Source: an uncultured Alphaproteobacteria bacterium (GTDB lineage: Bacteria > Pseudomonadota > Alphaproteobacteria > MPNO01 > UBA830). From it: a DNA stretch of 64,000 bases. Made by a program: the position numbers and the translations under genes. The notes below the pieces were generated by a model. That model had not been told where the DNA came from and made no database searches. It was given only the letters and a program-made list of their open reading frames with translations. The stretch lies in assembly GCA_913047365.1 (NCBI GenBank), contig CAJWUK010000001.1, forward strand, positions 6,413-70,412, in the 5' to 3' direction. This document shows, one piece after another, positions 19,410-28,737 of this stretch (position 1 is the stretch's first letter; every line of letters starts with the position of its first letter).

Positions 19410-19996
19410 CTGCCCGACAGATCCCAGAGGTTGGGAACGGCGGTGTTGGAATATCCGGATATAAATTCCGCGGGTTCGCCCGTTTCGGGGTCGAATACAC
19501 TCCGGCGCACCGCGCCGATATTGTCGCCATAGACGTGAATGCTGATCGACGACCGGTTGTCCAGCGCATTGGACACCTTGTGAATATCGCCGCGCGACGG
19601 TGACACCACATCGATATCACCGATATCCAAACGGTCTTCTTCTCCCGCAACCAGCCCGTTATCGGACCGCGAAAAACTCTGCCCAATTTCTGCGCCGCGC
19701 AACATCCCGATCAACCCCCAGACGGTATGATTGTGAACCGGGGTCGTTTGTCCTGGGCCCCACACGAAACTGACAGTGGAAAAACGTTGCTGCGGATCGC
19801 AATGAAGCAGGTACTGGCGATAGGTATCGCCTTCAACCGTGTATTCTTCCGGCAACCAGCCGTCCCGGGCAATCAGTTTCGCCAGAAGCGGTTTCGTGCC
19901 GTCAATCATGGCGCCTTCGTCGCCGTGGTGACGGTCTGCAAGGTCGGTCATGCCGCGCACGAAATCTCGCAAGGGTGATATGTCGATAGGGCCCAT
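19406..19996 (-). CDS. cysteine dioxygenase type I-like cupin (thiol dioxygenase family)
   Basis: 196 aa; cupin His motif TPVHNHTVWGLIGMLRGAE and IHKVSN region, consistent with bacterial CDO / 3-mercaptopropionate dioxygenase homologues. Confidence 0.7.
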   Translation of the reverse strand: MGPIDISPLRDFVRGMTDLADRHHGDEGAMIDGTKPLLAKLIARDGWLPEEYTVEGDTYRQYLLHCDPQQRFSTVSFVWGPGQTTPVHNHTVWGLIGMLRGAEIGQSFSRSDNGLVAGEEDRLDIGDIDVVSPSRGDIHKVSNALDNRSSISIHVYGDNIGAVRRSVFDPETGEPAEFISGYSNTAVPNLWDLSGR

Positions 19997-20036
19997 GATC
20001 GTCGTTAGTTAATAAAATCCGATGCTATAGGCAAAA

Positions 20037-20495
20037 TTAGCGCTCCCTCAGGGTTGCGGCAATGCGGCGTAACGCCCCCATCAGAACGTCCAGTTCCTGC
20101 GGCGAGATCACCATTTTCATCCGGTCCTCCTGATCGTTCACGATACGGGTTGCCGTTTGCAGCAGATCTTGTCCGGCATCGGTCAGGGAAAGTCCCTGGT
20201 TTCGGCGATCCTGAGGCAGTCGCCGGCGCCTGATCATGCCCCGGTCGGATAGCCGATTTACGGCAACCGACAGCGTGGATTTGTCCAGACCGTAGATCCG
20301 CACCAGATCCAACTGACGGATATCCATGTTGGCGTCGATTATGGTCAGGAGACTGAATTCTCCGGGTGTAATCCCGAGTTTCCGAAACGGTCCCGCAAGA
20401 TCACGAAACGAAGCCGTTTGCGCCTGGCGAATCTGATACCCCAGTAGTTCGGTCAGTCCCGCGAACGATATAGTCGGCAGTACGTTCTTCGCCAT
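20037..20495 (-). CDS. MarR family transcriptional regulator
   Basis: 152 aa; winged-helix region DIRQLDLVRIYGLDKSTLSVAVNRLSDRGMIRRRR typical of MarR. Confidence 0.9.
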   Translation of the reverse strand: MAKNVLPTISFAGLTELLGYQIRQAQTASFRDLAGPFRKLGITPGEFSLLTIIDANMDIRQLDLVRIYGLDKSTLSVAVNRLSDRGMIRRRRLPQDRRNQGLSLTDAGQDLLQTATRIVNDQEDRMKMVISPQELDVLMGALRRIAATLRER

Positions 20496-20522
20496 TCCAT
20501 TTCTCCGTCGACAGAAAGCAAA

Positions 20523-20543
20523 TTAGTTGGTATATAAAACTAA
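20523..20543. promoter_or_regulatory. candidate MarR operator: inverted repeat TTAGTT-N9-AACTAA in AT-rich divergent intergenic region
   Basis: aaTTAGTTggtatataaAACTAAct lies between the divergently transcribed MarR and Rieske oxygenase genes; overlaps a TATAAA -10-like hexamer. Confidence 0.4.
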
Positions 20544-20593
20544 CTCAAGTAATAGTATCGTTAATTCTGAACTGTAGGTCGGGACCAACGAAA

Positions 20594-21940
20594 ATGATGA
20601 GCGCTGAAGACAACCGGCTGGTGACCGAAATTGGGCCGAATACTGGCTGCGGCGACCTGATGCGCCGGTACTGGCAGCCAGCGGCGCTGACGGAGGAATT
20701 AGGGGGTGAAAGGCCCGTTGTAAGGGTGCGTCTTCTCGGCGAAGACCTCGTCCTGTTTCGCAATGATGACGGCACTTATGGCCTGATCGGCCGTAACTGT
20801 CCGCACCGGGGCGCCGATTTGTGCTTTGGGCGTCTGGAAGACGGCGGTCTGCGCTGCCCGTTTCACGGTTGGCTGTTCGACACCAACGGACAGTGCCGAG
20901 AACAGCCGGCGGAACCACCCGGCAGCAATTTTTCACGCAAGATCAATCACACAGCATATCCCTGCATCGAACGAAACGGGATCGTGTTTGCCTATATGGG
21001 GCCAGGAAATCCGCCGCCCCTTCCCGCCTTCGACTGCTTCGAAGCGCCGGATGCCTTCACGTTCGCATTTAAGGGCTTCGTCGATTGCAACTGGCTGCAA
21101 TTGAACGAAGTCGGCATTGATCCCGCCCACGCGTCTTTCCTGCACAGATTTTTCGACGACGAACCGGAGGAGGAAGGCTATGGCCAGCAATTCCGGTTTT
21201 CGACCGAAGAAAACGAAATGGCAATCACCAAGGTGCTCCGGGAATACGATTGTCCTGAAATCGATATTGAACAAACAGAAACCGGAATCCGCCTCTACGC
21301 ACTTCGCCAGATAAACGAGGAAGAGATGCATGTGCGGATCACCAACCAGATATTTCCCAACGCAATCATCATTCCGATCAGCAATGAAATCATGCTGACG
21401 CAGTGGCACGTGCCGATCGACGACACCACAAGCTGGTGGTACGCGATCTTTTCATGCTTCACCGAACCACTGGACAAAGAGCGTATGCGCAATGACCGAC
21501 TGGAGCTTTACACGCTACCCGATTACCGCCCGCGGAAGAATAAATCTAATGACTATGGGTTCGATGCCGAGGAACAGCGCAACTGCACCTATACCGGCAT
21601 GGGCGACGACATCAATGTCCACGACCAATGGGCGGTGGAATCCCTGGGCGTGATCCAGGACCGCACCCAGGAACATCTGGGCGCGACCGACAAGGCGATT
21701 ATTGCCAACAGGAAACTGCTGATATCGGCTATCGCGGACGTTTCAGCGGGGAAGGAACCGCAGATTTCCCTTCGCCCGGAAGACCCGTCATCCTGCCGGG
21801 GTCCGGTCGCGATTGACACCATCGCGCCGGCGAACACCTGGCAAACGGCGTGGAAACAAACCGCGAAAGAACGCAGGCAGAGATCTGACTGGGCTCAGGA
21901 CATCCTCTCGGAAGAATTCACGACCGCGCTGGAGTCCTGA
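20594..21940 (+). CDS. Rieske non-heme iron oxygenase, alpha-subunit-only type
   Basis: 448 aa; Rieske CPHRGADLCFGRLEDGGLRCPFHGW and mononuclear iron motif NEVGIDPAHASFLH (D-x2-H-x4-H); no beta subunit follows. Confidence 0.85.
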   Translation: MMSAEDNRLVTEIGPNTGCGDLMRRYWQPAALTEELGGERPVVRVRLLGEDLVLFRNDDGTYGLIGRNCPHRGADLCFGRLEDGGLRCPFHGWLFDTNGQCREQPAEPPGSNFSRKINHTAYPCIERNGIVFAYMGPGNPPPLPAFDCFEAPDAFTFAFKGFVDCNWLQLNEVGIDPAHASFLHRFFDDEPEEEGYGQQFRFSTEENEMAITKVLREYDCPEIDIEQTETGIRLYALRQINEEEMHVRITNQIFPNAIIIPISNEIMLTQWHVPIDDTTSWWYAIFSCFTEPLDKERMRNDRLELYTLPDYRPRKNKSNDYGFDAEEQRNCTYTGMGDDINVHDQWAVESLGVIQDRTQEHLGATDKAIIANRKLLISAIADVSAGKEPQISLRPEDPSSCRGPVAIDTIAPANTWQTAWKQTAKERRQRSDWAQDILSEEFTTALES

Positions 21941-21941
21941 T

Positions 21942-23411
21942 ATGACCGTACCGAAAGACACGATGGGCCGTACCGGCTTCGTCGAACAGTACGGGCTTTG
22001 GACGGGGGCTGACGCAGCCGACGCAGAGCGCGTTCTTGCCCAGATCGAGGAAAACGACATTGAAGTCATCCGGCTTTCTTTTCCGGACCAGCACGGAATT
22101 CTTCGGGGCAAAACAGTCATGGCATCGGAAGCCGCCCAGGCCATGCGTAATGGTTGCGGCTTAACGACGACGTTATTGGCCAAGGACACATCGCACACCA
22201 CGGTCTTTCCGGTTTTTACCCCGGGTGGTGGGTTTGGCATTCCGGAGATGGAAAACGCCGGTGATTTCGTGGCTGTGCCGATACCAGCCTCATTCCGAAT
22301 ACTGCCCTGGGCGCCGGGCACAGGGTGGCTACTTTGCGACGGGTATCTGGATAACGGTCGGGAAGTGCCGTTCTCGACCCGTCGTATTCTGAAGACCGCC
22401 ATGCAGGCGATGACTGACGAAGGATTCGATTACATCGCGGGAATCGAGATCGAATGCCATATCTACCGGCTGGAAGACCCGATGCTGCGGCCTGAAGATG
22501 CGACCCAACCGGCCTCTCCCCCCAAAGTCAGTCTGCTGAATCACGGATTCAACTACCTGACTGAACAGCGGATGGACGAAATCGACCCGGTGTTCGAAAT
22601 TGTGCGGCGCGACCTAATGGCGTTGGGACTACCATTGCGTACCATCGAATCCGAGTTCGGGGCCAGTCAGTTCGAATTCACCATGGCACCCGCCGGCGGG
22701 TTAGAAGCTGCAGACAACATGATTCTGTTCCGAAGTGCAGTGAAACAGATCTGCCACCGGCACGGCTATCACGCGACCTTCATGTGCCGGCCCGGACTAG
22801 CCAACGCATTCGCCAGCGGCTGGCACCTGCATCAATCGCTTGCCGATGCGCAAACCGGTGATAATGCGTTTATGCCGCCGTCGACCGACGATCTGATATC
22901 GGAAACGGGGGCGCGGTTTGCGGCCGGCATTCTCAAAAACGCAGCGGCAGCCACCGCCTTCACCACGCCGACGTTGAACGGATACAAACGGTACAAGCCG
23001 AATTCACTGGCCCCGGACCGTGCTGTGTGGGGTCGCGACAACAAAGGGGCAATGCTGCGGGTCGTCTGCGCCGGACCAGGAGACGGGGCTACAAGGTTGG
23101 AGAACCGCGTCGGCGACCCCGCCGCCAACCCGTATCTCTATCTATCATCCCAGATCGTCAGCGGGCTGGACGGACTGCGCAACAAACTGGAACCGCCGTC
23201 CCCTTCCAGCGACCCCTATGCCGAAGGCGTTGAACCTCTGCCGACAAACCTGATGGACGCAATCGGCGCGCTCGACGACAGCGAGCTGTTCAGGGACGCC
23301 CTCGGCAGCCAGTTCATCGACTATTTCCTACATATCAAGCGGGCGGAAATCACCCGCTTCCTGTCCACCGTGACAGACTGGGAACACCGGGAATATTTCG
23401 AGATTTTCTGA
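21942..23411 (+). CDS. glutamine synthetase family protein (gamma-glutamyl ligase type)
   Basis: ORF-track 21813..23411 trimmed to ATG 21942, 2 nt after the oxygenase stop. 489 aa; GS catalytic domain signatures (..FGASQFEFTMAP.., ..NRVGDPAANPYL..). Confidence 0.85.
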   Translation: MTVPKDTMGRTGFVEQYGLWTGADAADAERVLAQIEENDIEVIRLSFPDQHGILRGKTVMASEAAQAMRNGCGLTTTLLAKDTSHTTVFPVFTPGGGFGIPEMENAGDFVAVPIPASFRILPWAPGTGWLLCDGYLDNGREVPFSTRRILKTAMQAMTDEGFDYIAGIEIECHIYRLEDPMLRPEDATQPASPPKVSLLNHGFNYLTEQRMDEIDPVFEIVRRDLMALGLPLRTIESEFGASQFEFTMAPAGGLEAADNMILFRSAVKQICHRHGYHATFMCRPGLANAFASGWHLHQSLADAQTGDNAFMPPSTDDLISETGARFAAGILKNAAAATAFTTPTLNGYKRYKPNSLAPDRAVWGRDNKGAMLRVVCAGPGDGATRLENRVGDPAANPYLYLSSQIVSGLDGLRNKLEPPSPSSDPYAEGVEPLPTNLMDAIGALDDSELFRDALGSQFIDYFLHIKRAEITRFLSTVTDWEHREYFEIF

Positions 23412-23617
23412 CGACTGAAGCGGCCGCCCCAATTCCGCCTTAATCACCCATACTATTCGCGCGAAATCAGCGCGGGGTGAAACATGCGGAAAATCGCCGT
23501 CATCAAATATCCCGCCGTGTTCGCGGCGGGATGGCTGTTCAACTTTATCGTCGATATCCAGTTTCTGTCGGGCTTTGCCGCGGGGTGGCTGGCCCATACA
23601 TGGATGGGCGGTCTTTT

Positions 23618-23929
23618 TTACTGACCGCCGGCTTTGATCCGCATCCGCACCACACCGCGGAAATCTTCAGGATTAACGATCTCACCCTTGCGAACGATCT
23701 CGATTTTTCCCGACCTGGCGAGATGCACCATTTGCTGTTTTACCGGGTTCATGAACCTTCGCCAGGCGTCCGGTTTGTCATGCGGACGTTTACGTTCCTT
23801 ACCCAGCGCCCGCGCAACATCAACCGGCGCAGCAGAGCCGCTGCCAGACAGAAATTGCAGAATAAAGCCGGCGACCGGGTCGAGCGGTTTTTCGGGTTCG
23901 TTTTCCATATCGGGTTCATAAATCCGCAA
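23618..23929 (-). CDS. DUF3253-like small protein
   Basis: 103 aa; basic, conserved-looking small protein; family assignment from memory, moderate. Confidence 0.45.
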   Translation of the reverse strand: MRIYEPDMENEPEKPLDPVAGFILQFLSGSGSAAPVDVARALGKERKRPHDKPDAWRRFMNPVKQQMVHLARSGKIEIVRKGEIVNPEDFRGVVRMRIKAGGQ

Positions 23930-23970
23930 TCGACTAGAGACAAGCCGAACAGCCGGATGTAATTAGGCTC

Positions 23971-25221
23971 ATGGCATCATCTTCCTGGCTTGGCGGTATT
24001 TCGGTCGCGATGGAGAACCGGAACTACCGCCTATATACCTGCGGCGCGATCCCGTCCCTGTTAGGCACCTGGATACAGCGAATGGCAATCGGCTGGTTCG
24101 CCTGGGAACTGACCGGGTCAGGCACCTGGCTCGGGCTTGTCGCGTTCGCAGAGCTCGCCCCCACGGTATTGACCGCACCCATCGCCGGTGCCTTCGCGGA
24201 TCGCCTGGATCGATTGAAGGTGGTCCGCTTCGTTCAGTACATGTCTCTGCTACAGGCCGCCGCATTGGCCGCCTTTACGCTGTCGGGCCTGATGACAATC
24301 GAGCTTCTGCTGGGACTCACCTTTTTTCAGGGCGCGCTTCAGGGCATACACCAGCCGTTCCGCCACGCCCTTGTCGGCACCATCGTCTCACGGGAGGAAA
24401 TTACCTCCGCCATCGGGATTAACTCGACCGTCTGGAATACGTCACGGCTGATTGGTCCGGCGCTGTCTGCAGTGATCATTCTCCAGCTCGGTATCGGATA
24501 TACCTTCCTGATTAACGCCTTCAGCTTCGTCCCGATGCTGGTAGTTCTCTATATGTTGACCATCGACCAGAAGATCATGTCCGGGAAATCCCTGTCCGAC
24601 GTTCCCGCCGAGATACTGGAAGGCGTCCGGTACGTTGGAGGGCACGGCTTTATCGGCCCGCTGCTCGTCCTGTTGTTCGCTTTCTCTTTCTTCGGTCGCG
24701 CGACGGCAGAACTGTTGCCTGGATTTACCGGGGCCGTATTCGACATGGATGCGGACGGCCTTGCCATACTGACCGGCGCCGCCGGTCTAGGATCACTGAT
24801 TTCGGGCATTTGGCTATCCCGCCGCGGTCGCCTTTCAGGTCTGTCCGATACTCTGATCCTCATGGTTCTGCTGGTGGTTTGCGCCCAGCTCGCCTTCGTT
24901 TCCACGACGATATTCTGGTTCTCCGTGGCCGCGTTTGTTTTCTGGGGATTTGTGCTCAACGGTGCAGGAATAATTGCCCAGTCCCTGATACAGGCCACCG
25001 TTCCGGATTCTATCCGCGGACGTGTAGTCAGCCTTTACGGCATGCTGTGGCTGGGAACACCGGCAATTGGTGCATTCGCTATGGGCGCCGCCGCCGATTA
25101 CATCGGGTTTCGTTGGCCGGTCGCCGCCGGCGCGGGATGCATTCTTTTGGTGTTTTTATGGGCCCTGCCCCGTCGGCAGCGATTGCGGAAGGAAATTGCG
25201 AAGGTATCGGCGCCGTCCTGA
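23971..25221 (+). CDS. MFS transporter (EntS/enterobactin-exporter-like)
   Basis: 416 aa; ~12 hydrophobic segments; MFS_3/EntS-like N-terminus (ENRNYRLYTCGAIPSLLGTWIQRMAIGWFAWELTGS). Confidence 0.85.
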   Translation: MASSSWLGGISVAMENRNYRLYTCGAIPSLLGTWIQRMAIGWFAWELTGSGTWLGLVAFAELAPTVLTAPIAGAFADRLDRLKVVRFVQYMSLLQAAALAAFTLSGLMTIELLLGLTFFQGALQGIHQPFRHALVGTIVSREEITSAIGINSTVWNTSRLIGPALSAVIILQLGIGYTFLINAFSFVPMLVVLYMLTIDQKIMSGKSLSDVPAEILEGVRYVGGHGFIGPLLVLLFAFSFFGRATAELLPGFTGAVFDMDADGLAILTGAAGLGSLISGIWLSRRGRLSGLSDTLILMVLLVVCAQLAFVSTTIFWFSVAAFVFWGFVLNGAGIIAQSLIQATVPDSIRGRVVSLYGMLWLGTPAIGAFAMGAAADYIGFRWPVAAGAGCILLVFLWALPRRQRLRKEIAKVSAPS

Positions 25222-25223
25222 GA

Positions 25224-26105
25224 TCAGGACGCCCCGCCGGGCTTCCTTTCCAGAACAGTCACCCGCCGCATATCTCGGGGATATTTCGTGTCGTCGAACG
25301 GCACGCCGCGATGCATGGTCTGCAGATTGTCCCAGACGGCGATATCGCCCACCCGCCATTTATGCCGGTAAACGAACTCCGGCTGGGTCGCATGCACTAT
25401 CAGATCATCCAGAAGGGCCCGCCCTTCGTCCTTTGGCATGCCAATGACGTGGGAGGCGTGGCTTGCCAGATACAGCGATTTTTGCCCGGTTCTAGGATTG
25501 ACATTTATCAGCGGATGAACGGCAGGGGGACGTGTGGCCTTCACGTCGTCGCTGACTTCGGCCATCCCACCGACTGCCCGGGAATACCAGATAGAATGTT
25601 CGGCGGATAAACTTTCCAGCCGGTCTTTCATCTTAGGCGAAAGCGCTTCATAAGCCGCGCGCATATCGGCGAATTCCGTATCCGCCCCAGGCGGCGGCAC
25701 CTGATGGGCGGCAAGCATGGAATAGGTTGCCCTCTGCGGATCGAAGGTCACATCCGAATGCCACAGCAGATTGCCCATGTGGAACGCCCGACGCGGATCA
25801 TCCGCCGTGTGAATGTCGCCATTTTCATCCAGATTGCCGACATCGATCAATTCATCGGTCGGCAGCCGTATTCCCCGGCCGGAGACCGTCTGCTGCATTT
25901 TCTGGCGCATCAGCGGGCCGAACAACCGCCCGAAAGCCAGATGATGTTTATCGGAAACGGGGTCGTCGTTTCTGATGACGCAGATGGCATGAAGGTCCAT
26001 CCCCGCAACGAAATCATCCCTCAGGATGTCATCGACCGGCGCGGCCAGATCCAGGCCCGTTACCTCTGCGGCGAAGCCGTCGCCAAGGGGAGTAAGTTCA
26101 ATCAT
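25224..26105 (-). CDS. TauD/TfdA family Fe(II)/2-oxoglutarate-dependent dioxygenase
   Basis: 293 aa; WHSDVTFD His-x-Asp iron site and overall TauD layout. Confidence 0.85.
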   Translation of the reverse strand: MIELTPLGDGFAAEVTGLDLAAPVDDILRDDFVAGMDLHAICVIRNDDPVSDKHHLAFGRLFGPLMRQKMQQTVSGRGIRLPTDELIDVGNLDENGDIHTADDPRRAFHMGNLLWHSDVTFDPQRATYSMLAAHQVPPPGADTEFADMRAAYEALSPKMKDRLESLSAEHSIWYSRAVGGMAEVSDDVKATRPPAVHPLINVNPRTGQKSLYLASHASHVIGMPKDEGRALLDDLIVHATQPEFVYRHKWRVGDIAVWDNLQTMHRGVPFDDTKYPRDMRRVTVLERKPGGAS

Positions 26106-26321
26106 TCGCGGTCTATTCGCCGAAAACCTTCTTTAACAGCGCCGTGGCCTGCCTAGTCGGCTAAGCAAACCCCAGCAAAACGATGGCAACCAAAAAACTT
26201 GGCCTTCCACATAACACACCTTCGTTATTTTGGTCCGGTTTCCCGACACGGCCACCAAGACAACATCATACAGTTACGACGTTCGCCTTAAACATCATAA
26301 CGAATATCTGCTTCAAAAGGC

Positions 26322-27464
26322 CTAGCCGCCTGAAATATTGGACTTGCCGGATACGTCCAAAGGTACGCCGCCATCCTTTTCGAAATGGTTCGCCAGCACA
26401 TCCGCCTCGGCACGATAGTTGTACCGACCGGCGTTAAAACGGGGTATGACGTAGCGGGCGAAAAGTTCGAGCGAACGACGCAATTTTTCCGAGCTCGCCC
26501 ATTCATGGGTAGTCAGCATCACACCGCCGAAATCGCCGTTGTCCTCCAGCTTCTTCTGTATCCATGCAATGGCGTCATCGGGTGTGCCAACAACCCAGTC
26601 CCGGCGTTCCACCACGGATTGCGGGGTCATTTCAGAAATCGGCTGGTCCTCATAGGCCTGATACAAGGGCCTGAATCCGATGGACAGGAAGTACCCGGTT
26701 TCGCGCATTATGCCTTCAGACACGTCGGCCCATGCCTTTTCGCGGGTATCCGCCAGATAGAAATTACTGACCAGGTGCCAGCGGCTGCGATCCGCGGTGC
26801 GGTCATGCCTTTCGCAGGCCTCCTCAAAATCACTCCAGATTTTTGTAAAAACGCCACCGCCGGGCCGGTTCAGACCGCAGGGCGTCCATAGCTCCATATC
26901 GTGCCGCGCGGCCATATCGAGGCTTTCACCCCCGCCGGTTGTCGGCAGCGCCAGCGGCAAGCGCGGGTGCTGATAGGATTTGAGCTGCAACCGCAAATCG
27001 TTGAACTGCCAAAACTCGCCGTTGTGGCTGACAGGCTCATCGGCCTCAAGCAGGCGCACGATTACATCCGCCGATTCCGACATCATCCGCCGTGCCACGT
27101 CGCTGTCGATATTGAATAGTTTCTTGTCGGTCACCAGGCTGGACGGCCCGATACCAAGGATCGCCCGTCCGTAGGACAGATGATCCAGAAACGCAATGCG
27201 CTCCGCCACATGGAAGGGATGATGGAACGGCAAATTCACGACGGACGTGCCGAGACGGATACGCCCCGTCTTCGCGGCCGCCATCGACAGCGCCATTTCC
27301 GGCGACGGCATGGTTTCCCAGCCGCCGGAATGATGTTCACCGATATGGAAAGAATCGTAACCCAGGCTTTCCGCATATGGGATGAGATCGATATCCCTAT
27401 GAAACGCGAGGGTGGGATTTTCCGACGGGTGGTGCGTCGGCATCATGAAGAAGGAGAATTTCAT
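26322..27464 (-). CDS. LLM class flavin-dependent oxidoreductase (luciferase-like monooxygenase)
   Basis: 380 aa; MKFSFFMMPTHH..., LGYDSFHIGEHH; typical bacterial-luciferase-family start. Confidence 0.85.
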   Translation of the reverse strand: MKFSFFMMPTHHPSENPTLAFHRDIDLIPYAESLGYDSFHIGEHHSGGWETMPSPEMALSMAAAKTGRIRLGTSVVNLPFHHPFHVAERIAFLDHLSYGRAILGIGPSSLVTDKKLFNIDSDVARRMMSESADVIVRLLEADEPVSHNGEFWQFNDLRLQLKSYQHPRLPLALPTTGGGESLDMAARHDMELWTPCGLNRPGGGVFTKIWSDFEEACERHDRTADRSRWHLVSNFYLADTREKAWADVSEGIMRETGYFLSIGFRPLYQAYEDQPISEMTPQSVVERRDWVVGTPDDAIAWIQKKLEDNGDFGGVMLTTHEWASSEKLRRSLELFARYVIPRFNAGRYNYRAEADVLANHFEKDGGVPLDVSGKSNISGG

Positions 27465-27491
27465 TGTTCTTCCTGTTTGAGGACTGCCGAT

Positions 27492-28721
27492 TTAGCCCCA
27501 CGGCCCCATAAACTGTTCGCCAGAAAAAGTGTCGGACACCGCGTCCAGCGTCTCAGGCCAGTTCTCGTTATCAATGACACGGCGCTGATCCGCGGGTCGG
27601 GGCCGCCCGTCCCACCCAACCTGTTCCATGTAGTAGTACAGCAGGATCGCGTGGCCATCTGGATCCAGTGCGATGGCGGTGTAATCCATGCCGGGGAACA
27701 GCTCCGGCGGGAAATAACGGATTTGGACACCCTGGCCCTTCAGCCAGGAAACCGCATTCTTGAGTTGGGCATAATCATTCAGGTGCACGCCGAACGACAT
27801 GTTCGTCGATTTTTCCGTCAGACCGAGTTCGGCCCGCAGCGCCATCGGATACAGCGCGAGAGAATGATGTTCCGTAGCGCAGCGCAGAAAGTGGCATTCT
27901 TCTCCGTTCCAGTCGACGGTTTCCGTGGGAGTGAAGCCGAGCCGGTCGGCATAGAAACTCAGCGCGCCGTCCATATCGTCCGTGAACAGACCGACCGGCC
28001 CAATGCCGGTCACTTTGAATGGGCGCGGCAGCATGATGCCGCCGACATCGAACGGCGCGTCGCCATCTTCCAGAGAATTGGTACCTGCAGTCAGATCCAC
28101 ACCCGCCGTGCGCGCAATACGAACTTCTTCCGCTTCGCGCATATAGGGCAGTTCCGGTGCTTCCATGAATTTGTGGTCATACATGTTTTGCGGTTTCGAC
28201 AGGCCATCCCAGCCGATCTGCTCAATGCCGTAGAACAGTTCGTTCACACGCCCGTCCGGGTCGGATGGATACACATGCCAGTTGGATCCCGGGATATCCC
28301 GGCCGGTCCGCCCGTATTTAATGCCGATTTCGTCGAACCAGCTCGTCGCGTTGCGGACTTCCTGCAGGCTGCCGACCTGCCAGGTGATCTGGTTCATAGT
28401 GGCGGTATCGACCAGCACATTGTTGTAGTCGATGGCTTTCCGCACCTTCCATGGAAACAGGACGAAGGCATGGTGATCCGTCCCGTAGCGCAGGAAATAG
28501 CCATTGGTATCGCCTAGACCTTCAACATCCGCGGGATTTTTGGCGCGCGGTCCGAAATCCAGCGTATCCGTGACCTGGAAACCCAGCAGATCCCGATAGA
28601 ACCGCAGCGATGCTTTCATGTCGTTGGCATAGAAACCGAAATGACCTAGACGGCGAATCTTGAACGGCCGCTCCAGCCGGATCCCGCCTACATCAAAACC
28701 TTCGTCTATCTGCGTTGCCAT
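27492..28721 (-). CDS. VOC family protein, duplicated (four-module) extradiol-dioxygenase/glyoxalase-like
   Basis: 409 aa with an internal repeat (DVGGIRLERPFKIRRLGHFGFYANDMKASLRFYRDLLGF vs DVGGIMLPRPFKVTGIGPVGLFTDDMDGALSFYADRLGF). Confidence 0.7.
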   Translation of the reverse strand: MATQIDEGFDVGGIRLERPFKIRRLGHFGFYANDMKASLRFYRDLLGFQVTDTLDFGPRAKNPADVEGLGDTNGYFLRYGTDHHAFVLFPWKVRKAIDYNNVLVDTATMNQITWQVGSLQEVRNATSWFDEIGIKYGRTGRDIPGSNWHVYPSDPDGRVNELFYGIEQIGWDGLSKPQNMYDHKFMEAPELPYMREAEEVRIARTAGVDLTAGTNSLEDGDAPFDVGGIMLPRPFKVTGIGPVGLFTDDMDGALSFYADRLGFTPTETVDWNGEECHFLRCATEHHSLALYPMALRAELGLTEKSTNMSFGVHLNDYAQLKNAVSWLKGQGVQIRYFPPELFPGMDYTAIALDPDGHAILLYYYMEQVGWDGRPRPADQRRVIDNENWPETLDAVSDTFSGEQFMGPWG

Positions 28722-28737
28722 TGTCCCCTCCTGTCGT

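Noticed and set aside
23477-23962. 161-aa GTG-initiated plus-strand ORF
   Set aside because: It is antisense to the DUF3253-like gene with junk-like composition; only the separate short ATG-initiated ORF 23484..23627 in another frame was kept as a low-confidence finding.
27180-28517. 445-aa plus-strand ORF
   Set aside because: It is antisense to a well-supported VOC gene and has arginine/proline-rich low-complexity composition typical of spurious antisense frames in high-GC DNA. The same applies to 57609..58532 (+), 48175..49161 (-), 17857..18642 (-), 5993..6667 (+) and 14221..14823 (-).
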